Positions 38,610 to 49,457 of a DNA stretch of 64,000 nucleotides are shown here, piece by piece. Both the position numbers and the translations under genes were made by a program. The DNA is from Perkinsus olseni (Eukaryota): NCBI GenBank assembly GCA_013115125.1, contig JABANN010000102.1, positions 1-64,000 of the forward strand. Reading direction: 5' to 3'. A model generated the notes under the pieces. That model had not been told where the DNA came from, made no database searches, and worked only from the letters and a program-made list of their open reading frames with translations. Each line of letters begins with the position of its first letter. The stretch's first letter is position 1.

Positions 38610-39923
38610 ATGGCTTCGACCGACGTGCAGCCTCGTCCCCTCCTAGGACCGAAAACCCATCTTGCCTTCTTCACGTTGTGCGAGATACTCGTGTATTTTG
38701 ATAGAGGCCTCATTGCTGGTCTCAACCTCTATCTCAAGGACTCGCTGAATCTCACTGACTTCGAAGTTGGCCTGCTCGGTGGTATGTTCATCCTGGGCTA
38801 CGTTGTAGCCTCCCCCCTGTTCGCGATCCTGGGCCAAGTTTCGGGCGTCTGGACCATTCGGTCAATCTGTATCGGCCTTATTGTCTGGGTTATAGCAAAC
38901 GTCCTCACCGGAGTGGTACCAACCTCCTTTGGTCTCATCGTGGCCTGCCGTACTCTCACCGGTGTCGGCGAGGCCGCCTTCTGTTCTCTAGCTCCCCCTA
39001 TCATAGACGACTCAGCGCCTCCGGGAAAGGGTTCTACTTTTCTGGGTATCTTTTTCATGGCCCTCTACGTGGGTCAAGCTCTGGGTTACGTGGGCTCCGG
39101 CTTTTTCTCCACGTGGGAATCCGGACAGTACGCGTTCTTGGGCGAAGCCTTAATCATGGTCGTCATCGTGGTTTTGGCGTTCATCTGGCGGAATCGATTC
39201 AAAGTCCCGGCTAGGAGACCTGCCAAGCACGAAGGAAGCCTCCTGAAGCAGTTCCTCGTCTTGGCTAGCAATCCGACGTACATGACTCTGATCTTCGGTT
39301 ACTCTGCCTTCATGTTTGCTGTTGGTGGTTTCGCCTACTGGGGTCCCGCGGTCATCCAGGAAATCTGGAAGGCATCCCAAACTGTGGGCAGCATGGGCTT
39401 CGGCGCCCTAACTGTTATCTGCGGTATCCTTGGTACTCTATTAGGTGGCTACGTGTTGGACGTGATGAGTCGTAAACTTGCTGGTCGCAAGTCCCGTCTT
39501 CATGTATCATGTATCCTATCTTTTGTCTTAATCACAGTCTCGATTCCCTTTGCCATTCCAGCGGCATGGAGCAACTCTGTTTATCTCTTTTTTGCTCTCA
39601 TGTTCATCGTAGAATTCTTCCTTTTCTCCACGACGGCGCCGACGAACGTCGCCATCATGGAAGCCGTACCAGCTCATCTTCGCGGTCAAGCCTTGGCGAT
39701 ATCCATCGGTGTCTCGCATATCCTTGGAGATTTCCCCAGCCCTATTCTCATGGGGATTTGGAACGATCACATTGGCTATAGATGGTCTTTGTGTATCTGT
39801 GGTACGTGGCTGTTGTTATGCGTCGTGCTGTGGTTAGCGGCGTCTTTGATAAGTCGCAAGTCTGATGTCGACATCGATGTCGAGTCCAAGACGTCTTCAA
39901 ATGCTGATGTGGTTGAACCTTGA
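38610..39923 (+). CDS. SPNS: MFS transporter, Spinster (SPNS) family, intronless, 437 aa
   Basis: About 12 hydrophobic segments, with motifs VYFDRG, CRTLTGVGEAAFCSLAPPIIDD, GQALGY and SHILGDFPSP. Confidence 0.9.
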   Translation: MASTDVQPRPLLGPKTHLAFFTLCEILVYFDRGLIAGLNLYLKDSLNLTDFEVGLLGGMFILGYVVASPLFAILGQVSGVWTIRSICIGLIVWVIANVLTGVVPTSFGLIVACRTLTGVGEAAFCSLAPPIIDDSAPPGKGSTFLGIFFMALYVGQALGYVGSGFFSTWESGQYAFLGEALIMVVIVVLAFIWRNRFKVPARRPAKHEGSLLKQFLVLASNPTYMTLIFGYSAFMFAVGGFAYWGPAVIQEIWKASQTVGSMGFGALTVICGILGTLLGGYVLDVMSRKLAGRKSRLHVSCILSFVLITVSIPFAIPAAWSNSVYLFFALMFIVEFFLFSTTAPTNVAIMEAVPAHLRGQALAISIGVSHILGDFPSPILMGIWNDHIGYRWSLCICGTWLLLCVVLWLAASLISRKSDVDIDVESKTSSNADVVEP

Positions 39924-40233
39924 GTAACAACATCATGAGACGAGTATTATATGCGTCTTCATCACTTTTCCTGTAGTTTAGTAATCCGAACTTTGTTGTT
40001 TCATCTGTAGTTCAACGGTCGGTCGGCCAGAGAGACTGATGATGGTCTTACTCGACACGAGGCTGGATTTTGACAGGTTGCTTTTGTCAGCGTCAAGGTG
40101 TACCATATACACTTTCAGATCTCTTGAGATCTCTTTTCCTCTTCACTCACAGTAGTTGTGTTGTACAGTACGGCAGTCGGGTCGATGAGTATTTCCTTGG
40201 TAGTAGCAACAACTCGAGCCCAGGCTTTCGAAA

Positions 40234-41565
40234 ATGACGTCGAAGATTCTCCGGCGAAGTGACGAATTCGGCAACCTCGGTCCGAAGACCCATCTCTGTT
40301 ACCTCACTCTAGCCTATGCTCTCGTGTATTGCGATCAGGGTCTGTTCGCTGGTTTCAATGTTTACCTAGGGAAAGAAGGCCTAGGGTTCAGCGACGTCGA
40401 GGTTGGCATCCTGGGTGGATTATTCATACTGGGCTTTGTTGTTATGTCACCGCTGTTCGCCAGAATCGGTCAGATTTCGGGAGTCTGGACGATAAGATCG
40501 ATCTACATAGGGATGATCCTATGGATCATCACCAACGGCGTCATGGCGTTGGTCCCGAGCTCATTCTGGTTGTTATTAGTGTGTCGAACTATCAATGGTG
40601 GTGCTGGCTCGGCATTGGTATCATTGGCGCCGCCGATTCTTGACGATGCGGCCCCCCCTGGGAAGAACTCCCTGTATCTTGGAATATTCTTCGTGGCCCT
40701 TTATGTTGGTCAAGCGCTGGGCTATCTGATTGCTGGCTTCTTCTCATCATGGGAAACAGGAAAATATGTATTTGGGGTAGAGGCCCTGGTGATGATAGTA
40801 TTTGCCTTTCTTGCGTACTGGTGGGAACGCCGCTTTGAAGTCAGCGACAGAGCTGAAGGTGACGAGCCCCGCGAGAGCCTAGCTCGACAGCTGGTCAAGC
40901 TAGGTAAGAATCCTATCTTCATGTGCCTGTCTTTCGGATTCTCAGCGTTCATGTTCACCGTGGGTGGCTTCGGTTTCTGGGGACCTGCCCTAATCCAGTA
41001 TATATATGACACCAGTCAAACGGTCTCCACTATCGCCTTCGGTGCTGTCACCGTCGTCTGCGGAATCTTCGGCACCCTGATAGGTGGTCTGGCTCTCGAC
41101 TATCTCACGGTTAGATGGGCCAAGAGTCGATCGCGTCTCTTTGTTGCCTCCCTGCTGTCTGCGGCGCCAATTGCCGTATCGTGGGCGGTGGGGGTGGGCG
41201 CCCCCTGGGTTAACAATCTGGCTGGATTCTTGGCGATGTTGACGATTATTGAACTATTCCTGCTCATGTCAACAGCTCCGTGTAACGTGGCTGTTATGGA
41301 CTCAGTACCAGCAAGTCTGAGGGGCCAGGCAGTGGCTGTCCTGTGGGCCATCACGCATGCCTTCGGAGATTTCCCGAGCCCACTTCTCATGGGCTGGTGG
41401 AACGACACTATCGGTCATCGATGGTCTCTTTGGATTTGCGTATGCTGGCTCATCTTTGGCGCCATTCTTTGGTCAGTCGCGACCGTCCTAAGTCGCAATG
41501 ATGTCGTCAGTGATGATGATTGGAGTGACGAACGAGGTGTAGAGTCTAAGGAGGTAGAGAGGTAG
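40234..41565 (+). CDS. SPNS: MFS transporter, Spinster family tandem paralog, intronless, 443 aa
   Basis: Collinear with the upstream copy (LGPKTHL, SGVWTIRSI, LAPPILDD, ALYVGQALGY, HAFGDFPSP). Confidence 0.88.
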   Translation: MTSKILRRSDEFGNLGPKTHLCYLTLAYALVYCDQGLFAGFNVYLGKEGLGFSDVEVGILGGLFILGFVVMSPLFARIGQISGVWTIRSIYIGMILWIITNGVMALVPSSFWLLLVCRTINGGAGSALVSLAPPILDDAAPPGKNSLYLGIFFVALYVGQALGYLIAGFFSSWETGKYVFGVEALVMIVFAFLAYWWERRFEVSDRAEGDEPRESLARQLVKLGKNPIFMCLSFGFSAFMFTVGGFGFWGPALIQYIYDTSQTVSTIAFGAVTVVCGIFGTLIGGLALDYLTVRWAKSRSRLFVASLLSAAPIAVSWAVGVGAPWVNNLAGFLAMLTIIELFLLMSTAPCNVAVMDSVPASLRGQAVAVLWAITHAFGDFPSPLLMGWWNDTIGHRWSLWICVCWLIFGAILWSVATVLSRNDVVSDDDWSDERGVESKEVER

Positions 41566-41759
41566 TGACTGTGGTGAAACGGTTATAAGATACCGATTCG
41601 TCCGTTCACTTTGGCTGGGTTGTAGCAGCACTACTAACGCAAGGTTTATCAAGAGTATTGGAATCGGTCCGATGCAGTCGACTTGGGTTTAGGGGTAGGG
41701 TTTTGGGGATCGTAATCCCGGCCGATCGATACCATTATGTATGCATTACAGTAAGTTTA

Positions 41760-42450
41760 TTACCGGTGGTGAGGCCATTTGTTCTTGATTGTTGTTGAAG
41801 TGTCGTCGTTTGCATTCTCTTCGTCATCAACTATTTTGTCGTCGTGTCTTCTCCCGTTTTCTTCGCAGTTTGGTCCCTTTCCCAGTCCCCATACCAAGCG
41901 TTGTGTAACACAGTGGAACAGAGTCATGTCATCATTTAGGATTAGTTTTTCCCCAATCAATGGCCGCCGCGGGTGGTGAGTTGAGGTCGAAGGTGTCCGG
42001 CATACTGGCGGGTGTGGAGTCATTACTGAAGGCTGGCAGCTATCTGATGCCGGTGGCGCCACAAGGGGCGACGGAGCAGGAGACCCTCGTATTTGAATCG
42101 AGGATTCAGCTGATGTAGTGGAGGGTGGTGGTAGGAGCAGCAGTGGTCTTGTTGCTTCTTTCATGGGCTTGGAGGGGACAGTGCTGTTTCTGCACTTCGA
42201 GGGTGATTGAGAGTATCCTGAGGTCGACCGGGTGGCCGTATCTTTGAGGTCGGATGTCGTCCAACGGAACTGATTGTTTTATGGGCTGTGAGGAAATCAG
42301 TATTGTGCGATCCTAACGGTGGTGGAGCAAAGGAGCTTCTTGATAAGATCGACTGGTGATCATCGGAAGTTGTGGTATGGTTAGTTCGGGGAGATTGAGC
42401 CAAGATCCAAGTGGAAACAACCCAGTGTCGAACTGGAGGAAGGGGTTCAC
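41760..42450 (-). CDS. Possible small hypothetical gene
   Basis: 134-aa Pro-rich ORF 41760..42164 plus an upstream open frame; divergent from PEX16. No domain recognised. Confidence 0.2.
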
Positions 42451-42518
42451 TGAACTCGGTTCAGCCGGTTTTCTGTCAAGTGCAATCGTGTAGCTGTCCG
42501 TATGCGTAATCGTGTTGT

Positions 42519-43482
42519 ATGAGTGAAGTACGGGTACGGCTCATCTCTCACGTTTTGCGCCATACCACACTTTTCGCAACTTCTGGTCTACGAGTCCGTC
42601 GAACCCCAGACTGCTACCCGTCCTATCTGCTGACCAGGTACACACTGGCTGACATCGCGGGCCTCCTACGCTCCCATTTCGATCACCCATCTCCGCCTGA
42701 TCTGAAGCGTCGCCTCCAGACAGCGTTCAAGCTGCTGAGGGCAAGCCAGCTGTCGCTTGAGATGGACTGTGGCGGATTGAGGGCAGCAGTGGTCGTCGAG
42801 ACCATCAAGTTAGCCATCCGGCTGCTGCTGCTGGCGCTGCAGCAAAACAGGACTCTTCTCGTTGACGTGGCAGAGGGAGAAGATCATGCAGAGGACGCTG
42901 GTGGATTCGTTGGCGCGCGGACAGGGCTCAGGCTGCCCCCTATGCGAACCATGCCGTATGCCGCGGTTGCAGTACCGAGGATTACAGGGTTCAATCCCGC
43001 CTTGCCCTGTCCCGAGGATTGCCTGATGATGTTGAGGCCCTTAGTGTACTTGGGAGCGTGCGCTTGGTGCTACAGTCGGAGGGGGAGGAGGGGCGGCGGC
43101 GGCGGCAGGTCCCCTCTGCAGCAGTGGGAGCCTTGGCTCATCGCCAGCAGCATGGACCTGCTTGGGGTTCTCATACTGCGAGAGAGGCTTAGGAGGGATA
43201 TGGTCAAGCCAGGCGATCCGCGTGAAAGAGAATACCGAAGAAGGGTCCGCGTGATGGTCATGGGAATCGTAAGTGGGGGACATCTTGCTTTCTTGCATTT
43301 CCTCAACGCTACTTTCTGTTCAGTTACTTCGGTCCCCCATGTTTGATGTACTACTGCGACGCCCTTTGGAGAGCTTGAGTAGGGCGTGGGAGAGGATTCC
43401 TGTTCTGAATTGTCTCAACTACGTCGGCTACTATCTATTCCTCCACCGCTTCTATTATGGTCTCGGCGCTGGTGACAGTTAG
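42519..43482 (+). CDS. PEX16: Peroxisomal membrane biogenesis protein Pex16 (intron 43269-43323)
   Basis: Q.SLEM...VETIKLAIRLLL, FVGARTG, LRPLVYL, WEPWL..SMDL, EYRRR and, after splicing, LLRSPMFD...IPVL...YY. Confidence 0.85.
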
Positions 43483-43804
43483 GGCCGTCGACCATCCCGA
43501 AATATCTGCATTTTTCATATCACGAGAGATTCTGTCGAGTGAGTCTTCAATTTTCGGGCGCGCGGTCGGAGTGCGAGGTAGCTACCCAGGGCCGCATTGC
43601 CTAGCAGGTTGCGCTCAGTCCTCGATGTTGCGGAGCAGCATCATCATCCGTGCTCCTTCCGTTCAAGCTTCATTCACACTATTACTTTACACAACTACGC
43701 TGCCCGCCCTGTTGCATCAGCGGCCTCGATCCACTCGGAGTCGATTGGAACGTGAGCCAGATAGAAAAGGAACGTACCGCAGTTGGCTCGGACGTTGATG
43801 TTGC

Positions 43805-43846
43805 ACGCATGCGCAATGAACGCATGCGCAATGAACGCATGCGCAA
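43805..43846. repeat. 15-bp tandem repeat, ~2.8 copies (acgcatgcgcaatga)
   Basis: Directly visible; encodes RMRNE in one frame. Confidence 0.9.
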
Positions 43847-44124
43847 AGAGAAAGCATTCATGCCACCACAAGGACATGATAGTCGTCCGCAGAGTCTCAC
43901 GTGGTGGTGGTGCTGCTGCTCGACCTTGGACCTCGGTAGAAGCTGGTAGGAATCGCAGACGGTCGCTGGTCATGATTAGCCAGGCCGCAGTGTTAATGGC
44001 CGCCACCGTTCTTGATCTCGAGAGAGGACCTTTGTTGTCCAGTAGAACTCCTCGTTCTGCTTGCGGTGATGATGATGGCTTTTTCGAGCGCGCGTATGTT
44101 CCAGTATTTTTTCTGAACTAGTAG

Positions 44125-45153
44125 ATGTCCCCCAGTAGGGAGCTCTTGAGAGGTCTCGAGGAAGCCTGTCAAGTTGATGTTGGCAAGAGGGGTATCGGCC
44201 CGCTCATTCGTCCGGGTGTCCTCGAGGAGGCTGTCGAGGCACTTCACTGTCCGCCAGCAGGAGGCAGGGCCATAGTCATCACTGGCATGCCTTGTTGCAT
44301 TCAAAAGCCCCCTCCTCAATTCGAATCAGATGGTCTTATCGGGTCTGTGTGTGTGGCGAAAGCTCTGAAAAGGGCGGGGTGGAAAGTCTTCCTCGGCGCG
44401 GAAGAAGATGTTGCCGATATTCTGACACTTCTAGCTGGTGATGCGATCGACGTCCTCGAATTCAACCCTAGGTCAACGCCTGATGACATCAAGAAGAGAG
44501 TCGGTAAACTGGATTTGCTCGTGTGCATCGAGCGGGCCGCTCCGCCGTACCGCACCATGCGCAACTTGCAAATGGACCCTGCCAAAATAGCTCCTCTGCA
44601 CACCCTGTCCGAGGGCGATGGGGTTAAGACTGTAGCCATCGGTGATGGTGGCAACGAGATGGGCATGGGTCCCCTTGAAGACCTCGTAGCAAGGTGAGTG
44701 CTCTCAGTTCATTCCGAGACAGCCATTCTGTTGCTTCTCCGTTCATAGTCAGCGCAAGGCGGGAAGGAGTGTGGAGTCTTCGTACCTAGTTGTATCACGG
44801 GGGTTGGAGTGTTAGCTCTGCACGCATGCACAAGAGGATCGGCGCGTGATGAGTAACAGGTCCTGATTAGGTACGTTCCCTTCGGCGATTCTATCAGAAC
44901 AGCTACACCGTCGGACATCTGCTTCGTCGCTGGCACCAGCGATTGGGGCTCCCTTGCCCTCGCTATGGCCTTGGGATTGTCTTGGTCACGCGAGGAGCAT
45001 CAGAAGCTGAGCGTCGTTCTGCAGGAAAGAGGCATCCGAGATGGAGTCACTGGAGAGGCCGGCCCGACTCTGGACGGCATACCGATAGAAAGAACGTACG
45101 AGTTGATAGACGAGATGAAGAGACTTCTTCTTCTTGAGCAAGAATGTATGTAG
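44125..45153 (+). CDS. D-glutamate cyclase-like / DUF4392 protein, ~283 aa (intron 44694-44870)
   Basis: GKRGI, ITGMP, ESDGLIG, CIERA, YRTMR, AIGDGGNEMGMG; exon 2 has VAGTSDWG and DGVTG...LDG. The splice is in frame. Confidence 0.85.
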
Positions 45154-45980
45154 TTTTTTACAGTTTTTTACTTTATTTTTTGCGGTCTTTCCCGCCGAAT
45201 GTAGATGAGTTTTCGGCTCAGATGGTTGTTTTGTTGATACACTGATGTTGGGGACCTTATTGTGTATTATTGGCGTGATGACAGCGGCCGGCGCCCTTGG
45301 TGCTAAGAGACGTGACGAATGTGCCACCTACAGCACGATGTACAAGGAAAGCTCCCAAGGGTGAATCAGTTAACGACCGCATCACTCGCCGAATAAGCAT
45401 TCAAGTAAATTCTCAGACTGTGGCTGTGCTCTGAATAGCGCGGCGCCGCCCTATTCGGATGTGCCAAGGTTCAACACTGACTTCTGCTCACCATTGATCA
45501 CTCCCCACAGGAGAATACAACACACAGTTCAGCAGGGCCGCCATTCGAACCCTGTTGTGGGGCTAAGGACTCCGTGGCGAGCGCGGTGGCTAAATGCGCA
45601 AGTAGAATCTCGCTCGCCTCAAAATCGATCGAGTTGATCTGTTTTTCTGTTTTCCACGTCCGCCGAATATGCCACCTGCTGCTTCGCTTGATTTTTGCGA
45701 GTGTTCGACTTGCTTGACGAGGTCCTCCAATCGCATTGGGAGCACCTTCTGACCTTCCTTGGTCGATCATGCTGCAGGACTCCGCTGAGGGGCATTACCC
45801 CTCCAGAATCCTCGTTGTTGAGCCTTTCGAGTGTATCGGCTGAAATGCGACGCAGCACACAGGGAAAGGTGTGCTAAGTTTCTGCATGTTCCTGATGGTG
45901 GAAGTGTCTCGAGCATAGCGGAGCGAAGCGCCTCACTCGATATCATTAGTTTGTCAACCAACACTTGCCTTTGTTCAATC

Positions 45981-48534
45981 ATGCTCTTCTACAACATCAT
46001 CATCAGGATTTTTCCACTGGTCAGCCCGGTCTTCGCGAAATCCCTTGACGCCTATGCAGCTGGTAAACCCCTTGAGGATATCTTCAACGACATCCCAGTT
46101 GGAGTGTACGAGTCCCTCCCTCTGCCTACAGAGCTGCGCCCTCTCGAACCAGTACGTCTCGAAATGCGTTCCACTGAAGTTGGCCACATCGTGGGCCTCT
46201 CTGTCGCTGGGATCAAGGTCGGTTGTCCCACTCGTGTAAGGCAGTACGAGAGCGGCTCCCTCGCTCGGGTAATTTCGTCCCACGACATATCGAATTGCTA
46301 TTGGTTTTCTTACTACGTCGTGAAACAGGCGGCATCCATCATCAAGAGACGGTTGGGCGGAACGAGAGATTTCGATCCGGACACGGTGGTGCTGTGTACG
46401 ACTACGAATTCGACCAAAGATGATCCACACCTAACGCTCTTTTTGCACGCCACACGGACGTATCATGGTTTGGTTGAACTGAACTGGCCTGTGCATTTGA
46501 GATTGAAGAGTGATCAACATGATCATGAGCATTCAATGACCTCAGCAAAATCCCCGATAAAGACTGCTCCCCTTCCGATGACAATGGCTGATGCAAATCC
46601 ACCCCTTAGAAGACGAAAAAGGAAAACAGAAAATGTTGATGGAGAGCCTATCGTATCTCGCGGGGTGAAAAGACAGGTTGAGGTCGCGCCTGAGGATATC
46701 TTCAACGACATCCCAGTTGGAGTGTACGAGTCCCTCCCTCTGCCTACAGAGCTGCGCCCTCTCGAACCAGTACGTCTCGAAATGCGTTCCACTGAAGTTG
46801 GCCACATCGTGGGCCTCTCTGTCGCTGATATTAACGTCGGCTGTCTCTTTCGTGTAACACAGTACAGCCGCCGCTACCTGGCTGGGATGATCTCATCCCA
46901 TGACATATCAAAGTGCTACTGGTTTTCCCACTACATCGTTCAGGAGGTGGTATCGATCATCAAGAGACGGTTGGGCGGAACGAGAGATTTCGATCCGGAC
47001 CAGGTGGTGTTTTGTACGACTAAGAATTCTACAAAAGATGAACCACAGCTAACGCTCTTCTTGCACGCCAAACGGAAGAATAGAACTGTTTATACCAAAC
47101 TGGACTGGCCTGTACCTTTGAGGTTGAAGGGCGCCCAACATCATTATGGTCATTCAACGACCTCCGCAAAATCCCCGGTAAAGACTGCCCCCCTTCCGTT
47201 GATGATGACCGATGCAAAGAAAAGGAAGGCTATGGACGTGGGTGGAAAGTCTATTGCATCTCCCGGAGTGAATAAACAGGTTGAAGCCGCGCCGGTAGCA
47301 CAAAGAATGGAGACCGTTGATGACGAAGAATCTCCCGTCCCTTGCGACTTTACTGGACAGGTTGGAGTCGCGCCGGTAGCACAAAATATGGGAGCCGTCA
47401 TCAAAGAAGAACCTACTGTATTTCTCGGGATGGACAATCAGGTTGGGGTCGCGCCGGTAGCACAAAATATGGCAGCCGTCATCAAAGAAGAACCAACTGT
47501 ATTTCTCGGGATGGACAATCAGGTTGGGGTCGCGCCGGTAGCACAAAATATGGCAGCCGTCATCAAAGANNNNNNNNNNNNNNNNNNNNNNNNNNNNNNN
47601 NNNNNNNNNNNNNNNNNNNNNNNNNNNNNNNNNNNNNNNNNNNNNNNNNNNNNNNNNNNNNNNNNNNGAAGAACCAACTGTATTTCTCGGGATGGACAAA
47701 CAGGTTGAGATCGCGCCGGTAGCACAAAATATGGCAGGCGGTGTTGCTGGTTGTGAAGAGCCTCCGATCCCTGCGGGCGTGTACACACCGACAACTTTCC
47801 CTTCTGGCCTCGGGAACTTGATGTTCGCCAAGTTGGAAATCAGCTACATCCTGACAACGCCGTTCGCAGGCATTTCCCTGTTCGAACCCGACAAGATGCA
47901 TTATGAGAAATGCCCTTTCTATGAGGTGCCGTCAGAGCAGTTGACTGACAATCTCCTGCATCACCATTCAATCGCCAAGTGCTATTGGTTTACACGTTAC
48001 TGTACTAAGCCTGTACGAGATCTCATCTCGGAACAGAGTGCCCTACCGCGAGACGACAAAGTTAACGAGATCCTTCTGTGTACCAGGAGCTTGGCTTCAG
48101 GAGTTGGTGGAGATTTGGTATTATTTCTGGATGCAATATGGCGAAACGAGAGTGTGTACGAGGAGTTGAAATTGCCGATTCATCTAACGTTTTCGGTTGG
48201 CCCGTCGGAATATTTGCAGCCATGGACTTACAGTACAGGTCTCAAAGACGGATATTACATTGGTACCTCTGCTGTTCTCCGAATCGAAATACGGGAAAAT
48301 AGGAAGCAATACGCTTCTTTTACCAGTGATGAAGGACCCAGCACGGCAGGTTTTGCGCCTCTGGTAAAAGCGAAAGATTATCCGACTACGGGAAGCTATC
48401 GCCTGCTGAGAGGAGCCCTTCCTTCCATTCGGATCTATCAGGTGGCGGATGACCAGCTTGTTGTTAGAGGTAAAGACAAAGAGCATATAGTGTTCCATGT
48501 CGACCCTGGATTACTTCAACCGCCTTCAAGCTGA
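45981..48534 (+). CDS. Intronless lineage-specific protein: signal-peptide-like N-terminus, three copies of a ~150-aa domain, basic NLS-like linkers, 27-aa tandem repeat (spans an N gap)
   Basis: MLFYNIIIRIFPLVSPVFA. The domain pattern IPxGVY...HxIxxCYWF...LCT...LxLFLxA...LxxPxxL occurs three times across ORFs 45831..47708 and 47692..48534. Linkers contain RRRKRK and KKRK. Confidence 0.75.
47274..47737 (+). repeat. 81-bp coding tandem repeat (VGVAPVAQNMAAVIKEEPTVFLGMDNQ); copy number unresolved because of the N gap 47570-47667
   Basis: caggttggggtcgcgccggtagcacaaaatatgg recurs at ~81-bp spacing on both sides of the gap. Confidence 0.92.
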
Positions 48535-49457
48535 CCTGCCTTTTATTTATGAATTTACGATGATGTTCATGCTGCGATTTTTTTTCACTGTTTTTCTGTT
48601 TTCTCTCTTCTATGCTCCCATTCACTTTCGATGGGTGTGGAGGGCCATGTTAATTTATGACTGTTGTTCATGTGATCTTACTCCGTTGTTGTGCATCCTC
48701 AACGCTTGCCGATGGACCGTGGTCCTTCCATCTACAGTGATAGTGAACGGAGAACTTCACACGCGCGATGAAAGCCTCGTCATAAAGTCGCAGAGCGGCA
48801 GGAACCCTCCCTCGAAGCCGATTGAGTATCTCTACTTAGGGACCCACCAAACGAGGCACGTGCTGATTCAAGGAATTGCCGGATTTCTTTATCACTTTCA
48901 TATGCTTTGAGTGATGCGACGACAGCGTACAGTATAGGACCATGGCGTTCCCGGAATTCTATTCAGAGATGGCTGTGCTAGCAGGAGTGGAGAAAAGGTG
49001 TACACTATCTCGTCATAGTAGGTGTGGTTATAGAACATGAGTAGTTTGAACTCATAGTGAATAAGATAGACCCTTATCTCATAGTATTCTCAACTACTCT
49101 ACTTTGTTTTTTCTGTATTTCATAGAGCCAATAAAAAGTAGAGTAGCTGAGATAATGGAAGTTGATAACGAGAGGCTAGTATGATGAATCCAGTGACCAC
49201 ACGGTTCAGTTGTGTCACGCAGACAGTACAGGTGCCCTGGTATGACCGAAGAGCGGATCGTGCCAGGAGAGACTAAGATGGTTCGGTCTTCTGCTTCGCC
49301 TCGTTGTGGCAGTATCATTGGGGCCTAGTTAACAACGCAGCACGTGAGATTGTCCTCAACTTGCCAGCACATCAGCTTCGGGTCTTACTGTGGCGTCGGG
49401 CTTCAAAATCACATCCACGCCTGTTCGTAGACAGGCTTTTTTCTGACACCTCTAGCT

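Noticed and set aside
38643-41408. Antisense and alternate-frame ORFs over the Spinster genes, and similar shadows over other genes
   Set aside because: Shadow frames of real coding sequence, with no independent protein features.
42395-42406. Spliced-leader relic (minus-strand atcttggctcaa resembles the 3' end of the perkinsid/dinoflagellate leader)
   Set aside because: Only 12 nt match, the terminal G and the 5' CCGTAGCC are missing, and this is compatible with chance.
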